Shown: positions 25,919 through 38,991 of the stretch, piece by piece
Numbering within the stretch: position 1 is the stretch's first letter
Layout of the letters: each line of letters opens with the position of its first letter
NCBI RefSeq assembly: GCF_006345805.1
Contig: NC_042999.1
Span: 28,396,001-28,460,000, forward strand
Source: Octopus sinensis
Lineage: Eukaryota
Reading direction: 5' to 3'
DNA length: 64,000 nucleotides
Program-made: the position numbers and the translations under genes
The notes under the pieces: model-generated
The model's database searches: none
Told to the model about the DNA's origin: nothing
Seen by the model: only the letters and a program-made list of their open reading frames with translations

Positions 25919-26700
25919 GTTATGTATGCTGATGTGTGCACACATACACGCACACACACATATATCAACCTAAACAGATATATACACAAGTATATTAAAG
26001 TATCCTTAAATCACATACACATATGTACACAGACGTGCGTGTGAGCACACACTCACTCATACACAAACACACACATATACATACAACGTCCATATGCATC
26101 CATCATATATTCATATATTTCTTTTCCTAGCAGAATTTCTCCATCAATAATCACATCTCAATCCCTTTACCAATGATGAATGTATTACTTATAGATTACC
26201 CTAAAAAAAAAAAGCAACATGAGAAAACATGTACCTGCCCTTAATGCCCACACTGTTCCTTACCTTGATTGACTGAACACACCTCCACAACCATATGTGC
26301 CACATTTTTTCATATATCACTACATTTGATGTTTATCAGGAACTGACGCAATGCATTGTTAGTGGGTATTTGATATAACTAAAGTCTTCAAACCATTCAA
26401 TATCTTCTGCACCAGTATGCATAATTTTTTGTGACATATCATTGGTTCACTGCATCGAAATGAACATTACTTTATTGCTTTCACGATGCAAAATCCTAGT
26501 GAGTGAAATGTGTTTGGAAATCGAATGCATAAGCGTGTATATTTTGCGAAATTAGTGACGCTAGCAGTAAACCTGATATCAGAAGGTTATATTTGACGTA
26601 TTTTTTTCTGAAATTATGGCTTGAGAAAAAAGAGCACATGCCTCCTTCCTCTCCTCCTTTTCTCCATCTCGCACCATCTGCTGCTGCTGCTGCAACTACA

Positions 26701-26778
<78 letters not shown>

Positions 26779-26930
26779 GATTTCACAGTTTGGCACAATG
26801 CCAGCAATTTCGGAGCTGGGAATAATTCGATTACATCAACTCTAGTGTTCAAACGGAACTTATTTTATCGACGCCCGAAACAAGTGAATGCAAAGTTGAC
26901 CCAGGGAGAATTTCAAGTCAGAAAGTAAAG

Positions 26931-27004
<74 letters not shown>

Positions 27005-27688
27005 TGTTGTTGTCTCCAAGTGCAGTCTTCTAGCGCCTACAGAGTATCTCAACAGGCATGATAGAGCTGCACAATATATTCACTGGGTAATTTGCAAAAA
27101 CCTGGATTTGCGCCATGAAAAAAACTGGTGGGAACACAAACCACCTCCAGTGCTTGAAAATGACCACATCTCACTCCTCTGGAACTTCACCATTCAAACT
27201 GACAGAAAGATAGATGCAAATAGGCCAGACATCATATTGAAAGACTTCAGACAAAGAATATGCCTCCTCATTGATAATACTGTCCCAATCGACATAAACG
27301 TATCTGTCAAGACCTACCAAAAACTGAGCAAATATAAAGATCTGGAAATAGAAATCAGCAAAATGTGTAACCTGAAGACTAAAACAATACCTGTTGTCAT
27401 AGGTGCCCTGGGAATTATAGCAAAAGGGGCTTATTGCTACCTAACTCAGATGCCAGGAAACCCCAAAATGGCAGAAATTCAAAAGATAGTGCTCATGGGA
27501 TCTGTTCATATCCTACTCAAAATACTTTCTATGTAATCTCAAGGTTTAAAACAAATATAATTTGCGTTTTTTTTTAGACATTCACTAGTACAACACAAAA
27601 ACCCCCCCAAATATATGGCACACTAGGCATAACAACAACATGAACATTGTCTCTTGGTGAGACAAATATAAAGCAAAAGTCAAACGTA

Positions 27689-27690
<2 letters not shown>
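27005..27690 (+). mobile_element. 5'-truncated R4/Dong-type LINE (restriction-like endonuclease C-terminus + 3' UTR) in (TAA)n
   Basis: Open frame VVSKCSLLAPTEYLNRHDRAAQYIHW...DANRPDIILKD...LIDNTVP...KLSKYKDLEIEI...PVVIGALG...ILSM* (stop 27534-27536). (TAA)n at 26927-27003 and 27690-27765. Confidence 0.92.
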
Positions 27691-27766
<76 letters not shown>

Positions 27767-28029
27767 TTTCTACTAAAGGCACAAGCCTGAAATTTTGGGG
27801 GAGGGGAGTAGTCGGTCATATCGACCTAAGTGTTTCACTGGTACTTAATTTATCGAACCCGAAAGAATGAAATTCCGACCTCGGCGGAATTGAACTCATA
27901 ATGATAATAATAATTGCTCATCCAAAAAACGAAACCTTAACACACCATGGATTGACTATCGCAAGGCGTTGACAGTGTCCCACATAGTTGGATCTAAATA
28001 TGTACAAGATCTCTCTTTTCTTACAAGGT

Positions 28030-28450
28030 TTTCTACAGCACAGTATGGGACTGTAAAACAAAAAAATATTTCTCAATTACGAGATAGACTCGTACGTGTT
28101 AGAAAGCATCAAAATAGAGCGTGGAATATTCCAGGGAGATTCACTATCTTCTATCCTATTTTGTCTGCCCGCTTTCCTTTGTCCCACGAGCTGAATAAAA
28201 AAAAATCAGGGTTACAAAACGTTTGACAAGCTAATTTCACACTCTAAATGGATGATTTGAAATTATGTGTAAAAGACGACAAGGACCTGAAAGGGCTACT
28301 AGCTATTATGAAAAAATTCAGTAAAGACTTCAATATGAATTTTGGCCTTGACAAGTGTGAAAAAGCTTCATTCAGACGTGGAAAACTGACAGCTAATACC
28401 ACGATCCAACTTGATCATGATACATCTATCAAAGACCTGGACAAAGAAGG
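28030..28450 (+). mobile_element. R4/Dong-type reverse transcriptase fragment
   Basis: SIKIERGIFQGDSLSSILFCL (~28104-28166) and MDDLKLCVKDDKDLKGLL...FGLDKC (28248 onward). Confidence 0.85.
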
Positions 28451-28459
28451 CAATTACCC

Positions 28460-29170
28460 TCTCCAAGTGTAAAATTCATCCACGTTTTAACAAAATTGCT
28501 GGGAGCATTAAATTTCTCTCTCCTCGAACCTTGCTTTTCAAGTAACACTTGAAAAAGCTGCTGTGGGTTTGACCGAAGAGGAAAATATCTGTTTTTAGGT
28601 ATTTTAATCGGGTCGACCAAGCAAAATTTTTCTGCGTTGGAGGAGTCTGCAGCAGCGGGGATTTTCCTTTTCTTTGTATGGACAGAAAGCCTTTAAATAA
28701 TTTGTTTCACAAATGCAGGATGTCAGCTTTTTGCAACAAATAACTGTGTTCCATTACGTAGGTTTATAAGCTGAAGAAAAGGTACGATACTCCTAATCAG
28801 CGTGTAACTACTGTCCCATGCACGTGGCTAACCAATTCTCCCTTCCCATCTTGTGGACTTGCAACATTTTCCTTTTGTTCTGCATGCCATATAACGCAGA
28901 AGCTACCGGCTGAGAGATATTTACCTCTAGTGGCACCTCATACCTTTAATTTGATAACCCTCAGATCGAAGTATATCGGATTTTTCCATAATTTCTCACT
29001 CTTGAGAGTTGTTGTGGCATTTTTTGGCTATTTCTCCAGCTGAGAATCTTGCCTCGGCTCTACCAAAGCGTCTTCTACTGGCCACTAAATTTTTCAAACC
29101 CCAGCCCACTTACAACCATTTTGCTATCTGGGTTTGCATCGACCGTTCCAGTCTCCTCGTGTTTAATGAT
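28460..29170 (-). mobile_element. Old, diverged Tx1-clade ORF2 C-terminal remnant
   Basis: Minus FLFGQTHSSFFKCYLKSKVRGERNLMLPAILLKRG (~28585-28480) aligns by eye with FLSGQSLFNFFKYHLKRKVRVERQVLSSECFKKRW of the copy at 38200-38320. Confidence 0.55.
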
Positions 29171-29899
29171 ATACATTTATATATTATGGATTTTCTTAGT
29201 ATTTTCTTGCGTTGTTGCTTCTGTTGCTTCCCTGCTTCTGTTTCTGTTGTTGCTCTTGTTTTATTGTTGTTACTGTTGTTGCTAGTGTTACTGCTTTTGC
29301 TGTTGTTGCTGTTGCTGCTGCTGTTGTTGTTGTTGTTGTTAAGCAACAAGACGGGTAAGGGTGATTAGGTGATGGTCTAGGGCTTAGAGACGGGAGACAC
29401 CAGAACTTGGTAAAAAAAACTTGGTCGTCTTGTTGTAGTCGAGGGGTCTTCGTTGATGCCCGGCACCACTAGGAGGTGGCCCTCGAAGTCGCTGGAAATG
29501 GAGATCTCCAGGGCCAAATTCTTGAACGGCTGCTGTCCTTGCTGCTGCTGTTTTTGCGCTTGTTGTTGTTGCTACTGCTCTCTGTGTTCCGTGTCTCGCG
29601 CGCATTGAATAGATTTATTAAAACAGTGTCATAGTAGCGGTTCCAACAAAGATTTTTTTCTCTCAATTTGCGAAGCCGTATTGATATTTTTGATTAAAAA
29701 ATATATTTGCAATTTTAAATCCCAAAGGTCGCCCTTAAAATTTGAATTCTCACCACACAATCTGGCTCACGTGTAGCGAGGTGCGATGCTTAACAGTTCA
29801 GCAAAACTTGGAATACCAGCTAATAAAACAACAATTTTGAGAGAAAACATAAGGGCCACGAACAAGCGTTTTTTGCTCCAGAGAGAAATAATAATAGCA

Positions 29900-30160
29900 A
29901 TAACAACAACAACAATAATAATGCTAATAGAGAAATATGAGGATCTTGTTAGAGGGTTTAGCAGACTTTGGAAGACCAAGACAACAATTATTCCCTTTAG
30001 TCATTGATGTACTTGGTACAACATGTGAAATGCTACCTAAAAGACTGAAGGAGATTGGAACTGAAACTCACATTTGCAGCCTGGAGAAAAGTACCATCCT
30101 GCAAGAATCCTAAGAAAAGTAAGATTATTTAGATTACAGGAGACTTGTCACCAAAACCTT
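29900..30160 (+). mobile_element. R4/Dong-type LINE 3' fragment
   Basis: EKYEDLVRGFSRLWKTKTTIIP..VLGT...LPKRLKEIG...LEKSTIL..RILRKV, after an (AAC/AAT)n tract. Confidence 0.75.
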
Positions 30161-30423
30161 ATGATAAACTACATAACTACATGCTAGCTAAATTAGCATG
30201 CACTAGCGTAATAGCAGTTGTAACAACAATGAGTTTTATATTTTGGCCAACAATTTCGGGTGACAGAATATCTCGTTTACATTGGCGCCAGTGATCAATT
30301 GATACTTATTTTTTCGACCCCGAATCGATGAGGGGGTGAAGCCATTCCCAACGTGAATTTGAACTCAGAATATAAAGACTGCGTGCTAACGAGTCTGCCA
30401 GCCCACTGATTTGAGTATAATAG

Positions 30424-30656
30424 CTATTTCTTTACTACCCAAAATGGGCTAAAAACAGAGAGGACAAACAAGGACAGACAAACGTATTAAGTCGATTATA
30501 TCGACCCCAGTGCGTAACTGGTACTTAATTTATCGATCCCGAAAGGATGAAAGGCAAAGTCGACCTCGGCGGAATTTGAACTCACAACGTAACGGCAGAC
30601 GAAATACGGCTACGCATTTCGCCCGGCGTGATAACGTTTCTGCCAGCTCGCCGCCT
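30424..30656 (-). mobile_element. tRNA-derived SINE (~235 bp, head AGGCGGCGAGCTGGCAGAAACG)
   Basis: A-box-like GAGCTGGCAGAAACG, B-box-like GTTCAAATTCC, tail ...GTAGTAAAGAAATA. Confidence 0.9.
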
Positions 30657-31444
30657 TCTTTGATATAATAGCAATAATAATACAAATACTAACAACGGTT
30701 TCTTAAATAAGCAAAATACTAGAAATTTTAGGGCGTGGAACAATCCATTACAGCAACCCTAGAACGTGACTGTTAGTCTATATTGCCAATTGCAACGAGA
30801 TTTAACTCAGATCACAAAAACCTGAATAAATAACGCAAAGCATATACTATAGAAAGATAATGTTGAAAAATGTTCTTTAAATCTGAATGTAAAAATTTCT
30901 ATAATTTATTGTATTTTTGTTATGTGAAGCAGATATAAAATCCAAATACTAAACTATGCTGGTAATTATTGGTTTCAGTAATACTTGAAGTTAAACCAAT
31001 AAATATAAATATGTTGTCATTGTTTATTAACTTGTTACCATATAATTTATAATTTTACAAGATAGTGTAACAAAGCTAGTTAAATTTTATCATCTTTTAA
31101 TTTATTTGTTTTATTTATTTATTTTTGCGGAGAGATTGCTGGCGTAAATGAGGTGAAATAATTTCAATCGAGAATGAAAGCAACGTCGTTGATATTAGTG
31201 GTAATACGTAATATAGTATAATCATATAAACAAAATAAATTCATAGATTTTTGGCATAATGCTAGTAATTTTTAGGGGCGTGGATAATCTACTGTATCGA
31301 CCTCACTGCTCAAATGGTACTTATTTTCTCAACACTGAAATAATGAATATAGAACTGACTTCGGCGCGACAAGAACTCAATATTTCAATAATCGGAAGAT
31401 ATGTCCGACCGAAGCGATAACGATTCTAATAGCTCACTATATTA

Positions 31445-31629
31445 AAAACAACAACAGCAACAACAACAGCAACAACGACAACAACGACAATAATAATAAT
31501 AATAATAATAATAACAATAACAATAGTAATAATAATAATAATAATAATAATGATAATAATAATAATAATAATAATAATAATATAATAATAACAATAACAA
31601 TAGTAATAATAATAATAATAATAATAATG

Positions 31630-31666
<37 letters not shown>

Positions 31667-31688
31667 TAACAATAATAAAAGTAATAAT

Positions 31689-31726
<38 letters not shown>

Positions 31727-31865
31727 CAGCAATAATAATAATAATAATAATATTAATAATAATAATAATAATAGTAACAAAAACAATAACAATAATAATA
31801 ATAATAATAATGCTAATAATAATAATAATAATAATATAATAATAATAATAATAATTATAATAATA
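31445..31865. repeat. (CAA)/(TAA)n array
   Basis: Directly visible; abuts the R4/Dong fragment at 31868. Confidence 0.95.
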
Positions 31866-31867
31866 AC

Positions 31868-32735
31868 AAAGAACAGGTGATCAAGCGCGTAATAGGTGAA
31901 AAGGGCGAAAATGAAATACAAAGACAACATGTCAGACAGATTGAAAAGAAACCTTTACATGGCCAACTTTGGAAAGCCTCTGAAGATTTATGAGCAATAA
32001 AATACTGGGCGTCATTAAAAATAGGGCAATAAAAAAAAAAAACTCATAAGACAGAGTGCCAAATTGTAATAGCTCAAGATCAAGCGAAAAACACAGAAAA
32101 ACTAGATATGGAGAGACTGTGTTAGAAAAATGTAGAGCTTGGGGAACTTGGAACGAAACAGTTACACAGGCTGTGACAGAATACCCCGAAGTTAGCACGG
32201 CAAGAATATAAAAAATTGGAGGCGCGACCAAGCTGTAAAAGTTTTACACTGGTAACTTTAGCAGAAATGAGGGAATTAAAGTTGGAAACACATGGTAAAT
32301 CATCGAGTCGAAAGAGTACTGTAGTCGGAGAAATGTAAGATTCTGTGGGACTTACCTATTCATACGGACAAAACATTAGAAAATAGTAGACCGGGCATAA
32401 CAATAATTATTAATAGACGAGGTAAAGCAAATTTGCATAGTAATCGACCCATCATGTCCGTTTGATTCCAGGATTATAAAGAAAGAGGACGAGCCCCCAA
32501 GCCAAAAATAAAAGATGATAAAAAATACAATCGTTTAAAATATTAGAAAGAATTTGGAGGATAAAAACTGTAAAGTTCGTTCCTAAAATAATTGGTGCTT
32601 TAGGAACTGTAAGCAAAGATACAGACAGACGAGTGAAAGTGATTGGAATAGAATGCCCTGTAGAGATCCTACAGAAAATGTGTTTCTTAGAAATAGCAAT
32701 GATTATCAGGAGGATTCTAAGCACTTTAAAGACTG
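31868..32735 (+). mobile_element. R4/Dong-type LINE 3' portion, decayed
   Basis: KPLHGQLW, IVIAQDQA, KCRAWG..ETV, ILWDLPIHTDKTLENSRPGI, IDPSCPFDSRIIKKE, IIGALGTVSK, EILQKMCFLEIAMIIRRIL across frameshifts. Confidence 0.85.
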
Positions 32736-33140
32736 CTGGTTACGTGGTAAGTAGCTTGCTTACCAGCCACATGGTTCCAGGTTCATTCCCACTGCGTAGA
32801 ACCTTGTGCAAGTGTCTTCTACTCTAGCCTCGGGCCGACCAAAGCCTTGTGAGTGGATTTGGTAGACGGAAATTGAAAGAAGCCCGACGTATGTATATGT
32901 ATATATGTATGTGTGGGCATATATATTTGTGTGTCTGTGTTTGTCACTCCAGCATCGCTTGACAACCGACGCTGGTGAGTTTATGTCCCCGTAACTTAGC
33001 GGTTCGGCAAAAGAGACCGATAGAATGAGTACTAGGCTTTCAAAGAATAAGTCCTGGGGTCGATTTGCTCGACTAAAGGTGGCACTCCAGCATGGCCGCA
33101 GTAAAATGACTGAAACAAGTAAAAGAGTAAAGTGTAAGAG
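32735..33140 (+). mobile_element. SINE of the 16463-16877 family
   Basis: GTGGTAAGTAGCTTGCTTACC...CCTCGGGCCGACCAAAGCCTTGTGAGTGG...CTCCAGCATGGCCGCAG...AAAAGAGTAAA. Confidence 0.9.
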
Positions 33141-33305
33141 TGTACGTAAGGTTACATATAGTAACCCATTCCACACATAAATTCAACAAGGAATAAGACG
33201 AAAATGATGATGATGATAATAATAATAATAATAATTGTAATAATAATAGGAATATTAGGAATAATAATAATAACAACAACAATAATAATAATAATAATAA
33301 TATAT

Positions 33306-33353
<48 letters not shown>

Positions 33354-33356
33354 TAT

Positions 33357-33436
<80 letters not shown>

Positions 33437-33456
33437 TAATAATAATAATAATAATA

Positions 33457-33493
<37 letters not shown>

Positions 33494-33519
33494 TTGTTAT
33501 TGTTATTGTATATATTGGT

Positions 33520-33965
33520 CAGGTAGCGAAAGTGCTACATTAGAAACTGTGCGCAAAGTGAGGGCGAGTGAGATGCAAGATGTTGTGTGAGCACAAACCA
33601 CAGAGAGCGGTGGACTTGGAGACTAGCAAAATCCTCTGGCATTTCCCAATCCAGACATATGAGGTGCTGGTGATGGACAAGGTACACGACATATACTATA
33701 TAGTTGACGTTACATGTTCCTTTGGACTACAAATAGTGAAGAATGAAGGCGATAAATTACATAAACCCTTAAGTACTAAATATCTCGGCTATGGAAAATG
33801 AAGGAAGCAAAATAATACCAACTATTGTTCGATATTTGGGAACAGTATCAGAAGGCATCAAGGGGGATATAAAAGAAAATGGAGGAGTGTTCCCGGTAGA
33901 ACTCTTACAAAAGTTTTTTCCCCTTGGCACTCGGCCAGAATAATCAGGTAAGTGTTAGATAACTG
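33520..33965 (+). mobile_element. R4/Dong-type LINE 3' fragment, strongly decayed
   Basis: VAKVLH, EHKPQRAVDLETSKILWHFPIQT, IVDVTCSF, ..IIR.V; follows the (TAA)/(TTA) array. Confidence 0.7.
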
Positions 33966-33984
33966 AAATGAAAGGATAGCATAG

Positions 33985-34588
33985 TACCTATTTCTTTACT
34001 ACTCACAAGGGGCCTAACACAGAGGGGACAAACAAGGACAGACAAACGGATTAAGTCGATTATATCGACCCCAGTGCGTAACTGGTACTTATTTACTCGA
34101 CCCCGAAATGATGAAAGGCAAAGTCGACCTCGGCTGAATTTGAACTCAGAACGTTGCGGCAGACGAAATACCTATTTCTTTACTACCCACAAGGGGTTAA
34201 ACACAAAGAGGACAAACAAGGACAGACAAACGGATTAAGTCGATTATATCGACCCCAGTGCGTAACTGGTACTTATTTACTCGACCCCGAAATGATGAAA
34301 GGCAACGTCGACCTCGGCTGAATTTGAACTCAGAACGTTGCGGCAGACGAAATACCTATTTCTTTACTACCCACAAGGGGTTAAACACAAAGAGGACAAA
34401 CAAGGACAGACAAACGGATTAAGTCGATTATATCGATCCCAGTGCGTAACTGGTACTTATTTACTCGACCCCGAAAGGATGAAAGGCAAAGTCGACCTCG
34501 GCGGAATTTGAACTCAGAACGTAGCGGCAGACGAAATACCGCTAAGCATTTCGCCCGACGTGCTAACGTTTCTGCCAGCTCGCCGCCT
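33985..34588 (-). mobile_element. Head-to-tail SINE trimer (one full unit + two head-less 184-bp units)
   Basis: Unit boundaries TACCTATTTC at 33985, 34169 and 34353; head only at 34540-34588. Confidence 0.92.
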
Positions 34589-34849
34589 GCATGTAGGAAG
34601 CCCAGTAAATGTGAAAGATTCCAGGAACTGCATCAAAATTTGTGATGAAGAGTAAAAAATAATAATGAAAACAACAAAAACAACACCTGCAATAATAACA
34701 ACAACAACTAAAATATGAATAGTGATTAGGAGTGATGAATGGGAGAGCTGATACAGAAGAGCAAAGAGAAGAAAGTAAACCAGCCATTATAGACCTAATA
34801 CATGTTTACCGTTACTCTGGTAAAGGTAAACATGTAATACGTCTATTTC

Positions 34850-36030
34850 TAACTGTAATAGTAGTAGCAGACCTCATAAATCCATTGCTAACTGGCCTCA
34901 TACACATGAAATATATAATTTTCTAGAAAAGGGGAATATATTGCAAGAGGAGCAAGAAGGATGCAAAAGTAATCAAGGGGAATTGCCGATCAACCGTATA
35001 TAAACAGTTGGATATAAAAGAAGGTACGAGTAAGAAAGAAGAATTTAGCTGATGGCTGGATAGATTACAGAACGGCTTACGTCAGTGTTGAATACAAATG
35101 TCTCCTGGAGTGCCTGAGGACGCTCACAGCCTTTTGGAAAAAGCAATGAAAGCGCGGGAGCTGAGAATCGCCGAGAATCGTGAAAATACACAGTGATATT
35201 TTCCAAGACGACAATCTTTTTCTCCTTCTAATAATCCGCGTCGTTGCATTAATCCCTCTGATTAAGTGAGAGTAGAGAGGCAAGTTTTGTCTAGCGAATG
35301 TTTTAAAAAAAGATGGGTGAATGTAGCAAGGATGGCACGTATGAACCCGGAAATTTAAAACAGCGGGTTACCTACTTGCAAACAATTGTGGTAACATGTA
35401 ACAATATTGACCGAGGTTACCGTGGTTATTTCCGCAGGATTTTCTTCCCATGGATAAACCTTATCTGCTTCCTCCTTTACACCTTACATCATGACACTGT
35501 GATACACGATACCTATTGATCGTTTTTTTTTCTTTTGTTTTTTTCCTTTTTTTTCCTTTTTTTCCCTTTTACGATCCCTTTTAATCGAAAACCTACCCCA
35601 CCTTTTTTTTTCTTTTCCCAAAAAAAGAAAAGCTCTATTTTGTAATCTGTCCCGTCTGTGTACAGTCCTGTGTGGCTAATAAAGAAACATTGATCCCTCT
35701 GATAAGTATACTGTAAATTTCCAAAGTTAGGAAAAACCATGGTGAAATTAAATCGCCTGCTGTATACAGATAACCTTAACCTATATACAAAAACCAGAAA
35801 GACTTGGATTCTCTGATCGAAACAGAAATATTACTCAGCCATATATTGAAATGTCAGTTTTGTGTGCATAGTTTGCAGTGCAAATTATGAAGAAACACCG
35901 AAAGATAAACTCTGACAGCATAAAATTAGCACAACATATAACAAATATCTAGGGCTGCTGCATGACGAGAGGGTAATTGAAGGAGGAAAACTGAGACGGA
36001 AAATATTTAAAGAATACAAGGAATAATGGA
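34850..36030 (+). mobile_element. Decayed R4/Dong-type RT region, split by a Tx1 3' fragment
   Basis: FLEKGNILQEEQEGCK, WIDYRTAY, IFQDDNLFSP..VALIPL (to 35262), then KLNRLLYTDNLNLY (~35745-35790). Confidence 0.75.
35264..35689 (+). mobile_element. Short 3' fragment of the Tx1-clade LINE with ~14-bp TSD
   Basis: AAGTGAGAGTAGAGAGGCAAG...GTGTGGCTAATAAAGAAACA matches the 3' ends at 38756 and 44914. TSD ttaatccctctgat (35249-35262) / ttgatccctctgat (35690-35703). Confidence 0.9.
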
Positions 36031-36320
36031 ATTTGAACTTAGAACGTAGTGGCGGCGAAAATGCCGCTAAGCATTTGGTCCAGCGTCCTAAAGATTCTGC
36101 TAGCCCACTGTCTTAAACAGCAGCAGAAGCAACAGCAACGACAACGACAACTACTACTGCTACTACTACAAGAAGAAGAAGAAGAAGAGGAATAAGAAGA
36201 AGAAGAAGAAGAAGAAAAGAAGAAGAAGAAGAAGAAGAAGAAGAAGAAGAAAAAGAATAATAATAATAATAATAATAATAAGAAGAAGAAGAAGAAGAAG
36301 AAGAGGAATAAGAAGAAGAG

Positions 36321-36399
<79 letters not shown>

Positions 36400-36644
36400 A
36401 AGAAAATGAAGAAGAAGAAGTAGAGGAACCTTGATATGAGAAAATGAGGAAAAACAACAACAGCAAGATTTAGTGGGGGCAGCTGGGATCTTGTGGTTGG
36501 CACTTGGGTGTTAAATAAGATGGAAAACGCTTCTATGAGACTTTTGATGACAGGTTATCGATCGCTCTTTCAGAATTAACCAGGCAAGTGAAAAATCCGT
36601 GCGCTGAGAATTGAAAGGGAAATAGAAATGTTGCTGTCGTTAAT

Positions 36645-37033
36645 AATCTTTTCTACTCTTAACACAAGGCCCGAACGCTTTGGGGAGGGAGCCAGTCGAC
36701 TGTTACACAACTAGTACTTAATTTATCGACCCCGAAAGCGTGAAAGGCAAAGTCGACCTCAGCGGAATTTGAATTCAGAACGTAGCGGCAGAATAAATAC
36801 CTATTTCTTTACTACCCACAAGTGGCTAAGCACTGAGAGGAGAAACAAGGACAGACAAACGGATTAAGTCGATTATATCGACCCCAGTACGTAACTGGTA
36901 CTTATTTAATCGACCCCGAAAGGATGAAAGGCAAAGTCGACCTCGGCGGAATTTGAACTAAGAACGTAGCGGCAGGATAAATACCGCTCAGCATTTCACC
37001 CGACATGCTAACGATACTGCCAGCTCGCTGCTT
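36645..37033 (-). mobile_element. SINE heterodimer: full unit joined to a head-less unit with a different tail
   Basis: Junction at ~36797-36801 reads GAAATAG|GTATTT on the minus strand; the distal tail CCTTGTGTTAAGAGTAGAAAAGAT differs from the proximal unit. Confidence 0.85.
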
Positions 37034-37483
37034 TAGAGAAAGTTAATATTGAAAATTAATACTCAAATAAATTATTATTTGCAAATATGATCGTAACAGA
37101 ATTCTTGATGTAATCTTTTTGGAGCTTTCGTTGGATCATTTACATGATGATGTTAAATATTACAAAATACAATAATGTTTTTTCAAAGATTTGGCACAAA
37201 TCCTTGCGAGGCCTCTTTATCACCATTACTTTCTTAAAATTGTTGGAGTGTGGAGGTAGCAAGTACGACTAAGATGTTGTCTCGGACGTTGCTTTTGTCC
37301 ATATATTTAAAATAATTGTAAATGAAATGAATGGATGCATCTAAAGATATCCAAATGCTAAGTGTTAGTTTAACACTGGGAAACTCGTTCAGTTTACTAA
37401 TAAAGAAAATGTAGTTTTATCGATGTTCTTCACAAATTCCGTTCGTGTACTTTCACCCACAAGAACTGAGTCCACAAAAGTAC

Positions 37484-37647
37484 CTGCTTAAGATGATACG
37501 TAGTGGGAACGAAAAGAGATCATGTTTGCGCTTGCCACTATTTGACAAGAAGCAATGTCAGTGTATGTGGACAAGTGAAATATGTATATTATTGTACTTA
37601 CCTGCTTGATAACAGGGAATGAGTGGAATTGAAAGCTGACTCTGATT
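37484..37647 (-). CDS. Candidate pair of short coding exons (37647-37602 and 37537-37484) of an unidentified gene
   Basis: ttttaatTAG / 46 nt / GTAAGT; 64-nt intron ending ctgac..ttcttgtcaaatAG; 54 nt / GTACTT. Spliced frame open: ESESAFNSTHSLLSSSGKRKHDLFSFPLRIILS. No protein recognised. Confidence 0.3.
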
Positions 37648-37760
37648 CTAATTAAAACCCAAACCAACATATATGGTTTTAAACTGAAATAACATTAGTT
37701 AATTTAGTATTTGCATGATATAAGTCAGCATGACAGTCAAAATAGGTATGTATGTATGTG

Positions 37761-38756
<996 letters not shown>

Positions 38757-38991
38757 TATCTATCTATCTATCGGACAGACAGACGCAAGTCAAATGGGCT
38801 CCACGTAAGTTGGTATTTTTATACGTTCAAAAGTGTATATTGACAAATATTTTGTGTTTAAAAGTTGTGCAACAACATCCACTGCAAACCTTTGATAAAT
38901 ATCTACACAAAATTTTGCCCCTTGTGGGCAAAATTTAAAAGAAAAAATTCTCATAGCCTTCGTGGTTTCATTTAGCCATTTTATTTCCAAA

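Noticed and set aside
26264-26320. Minus peptide EKCGTYGCGGVFSQS before a GTAAGG donor, reminiscent of a CUB domain start
   Set aside because: Weak acceptor, upstream stops, only ~18 codons.
33985-34588. CRISPR-like or satellite array
   Set aside because: Units are contiguous 184-bp SINE bodies with no spacers.
36430-36600. Possible RTE C-terminal remnant
   Set aside because: Similarity too weak to support.
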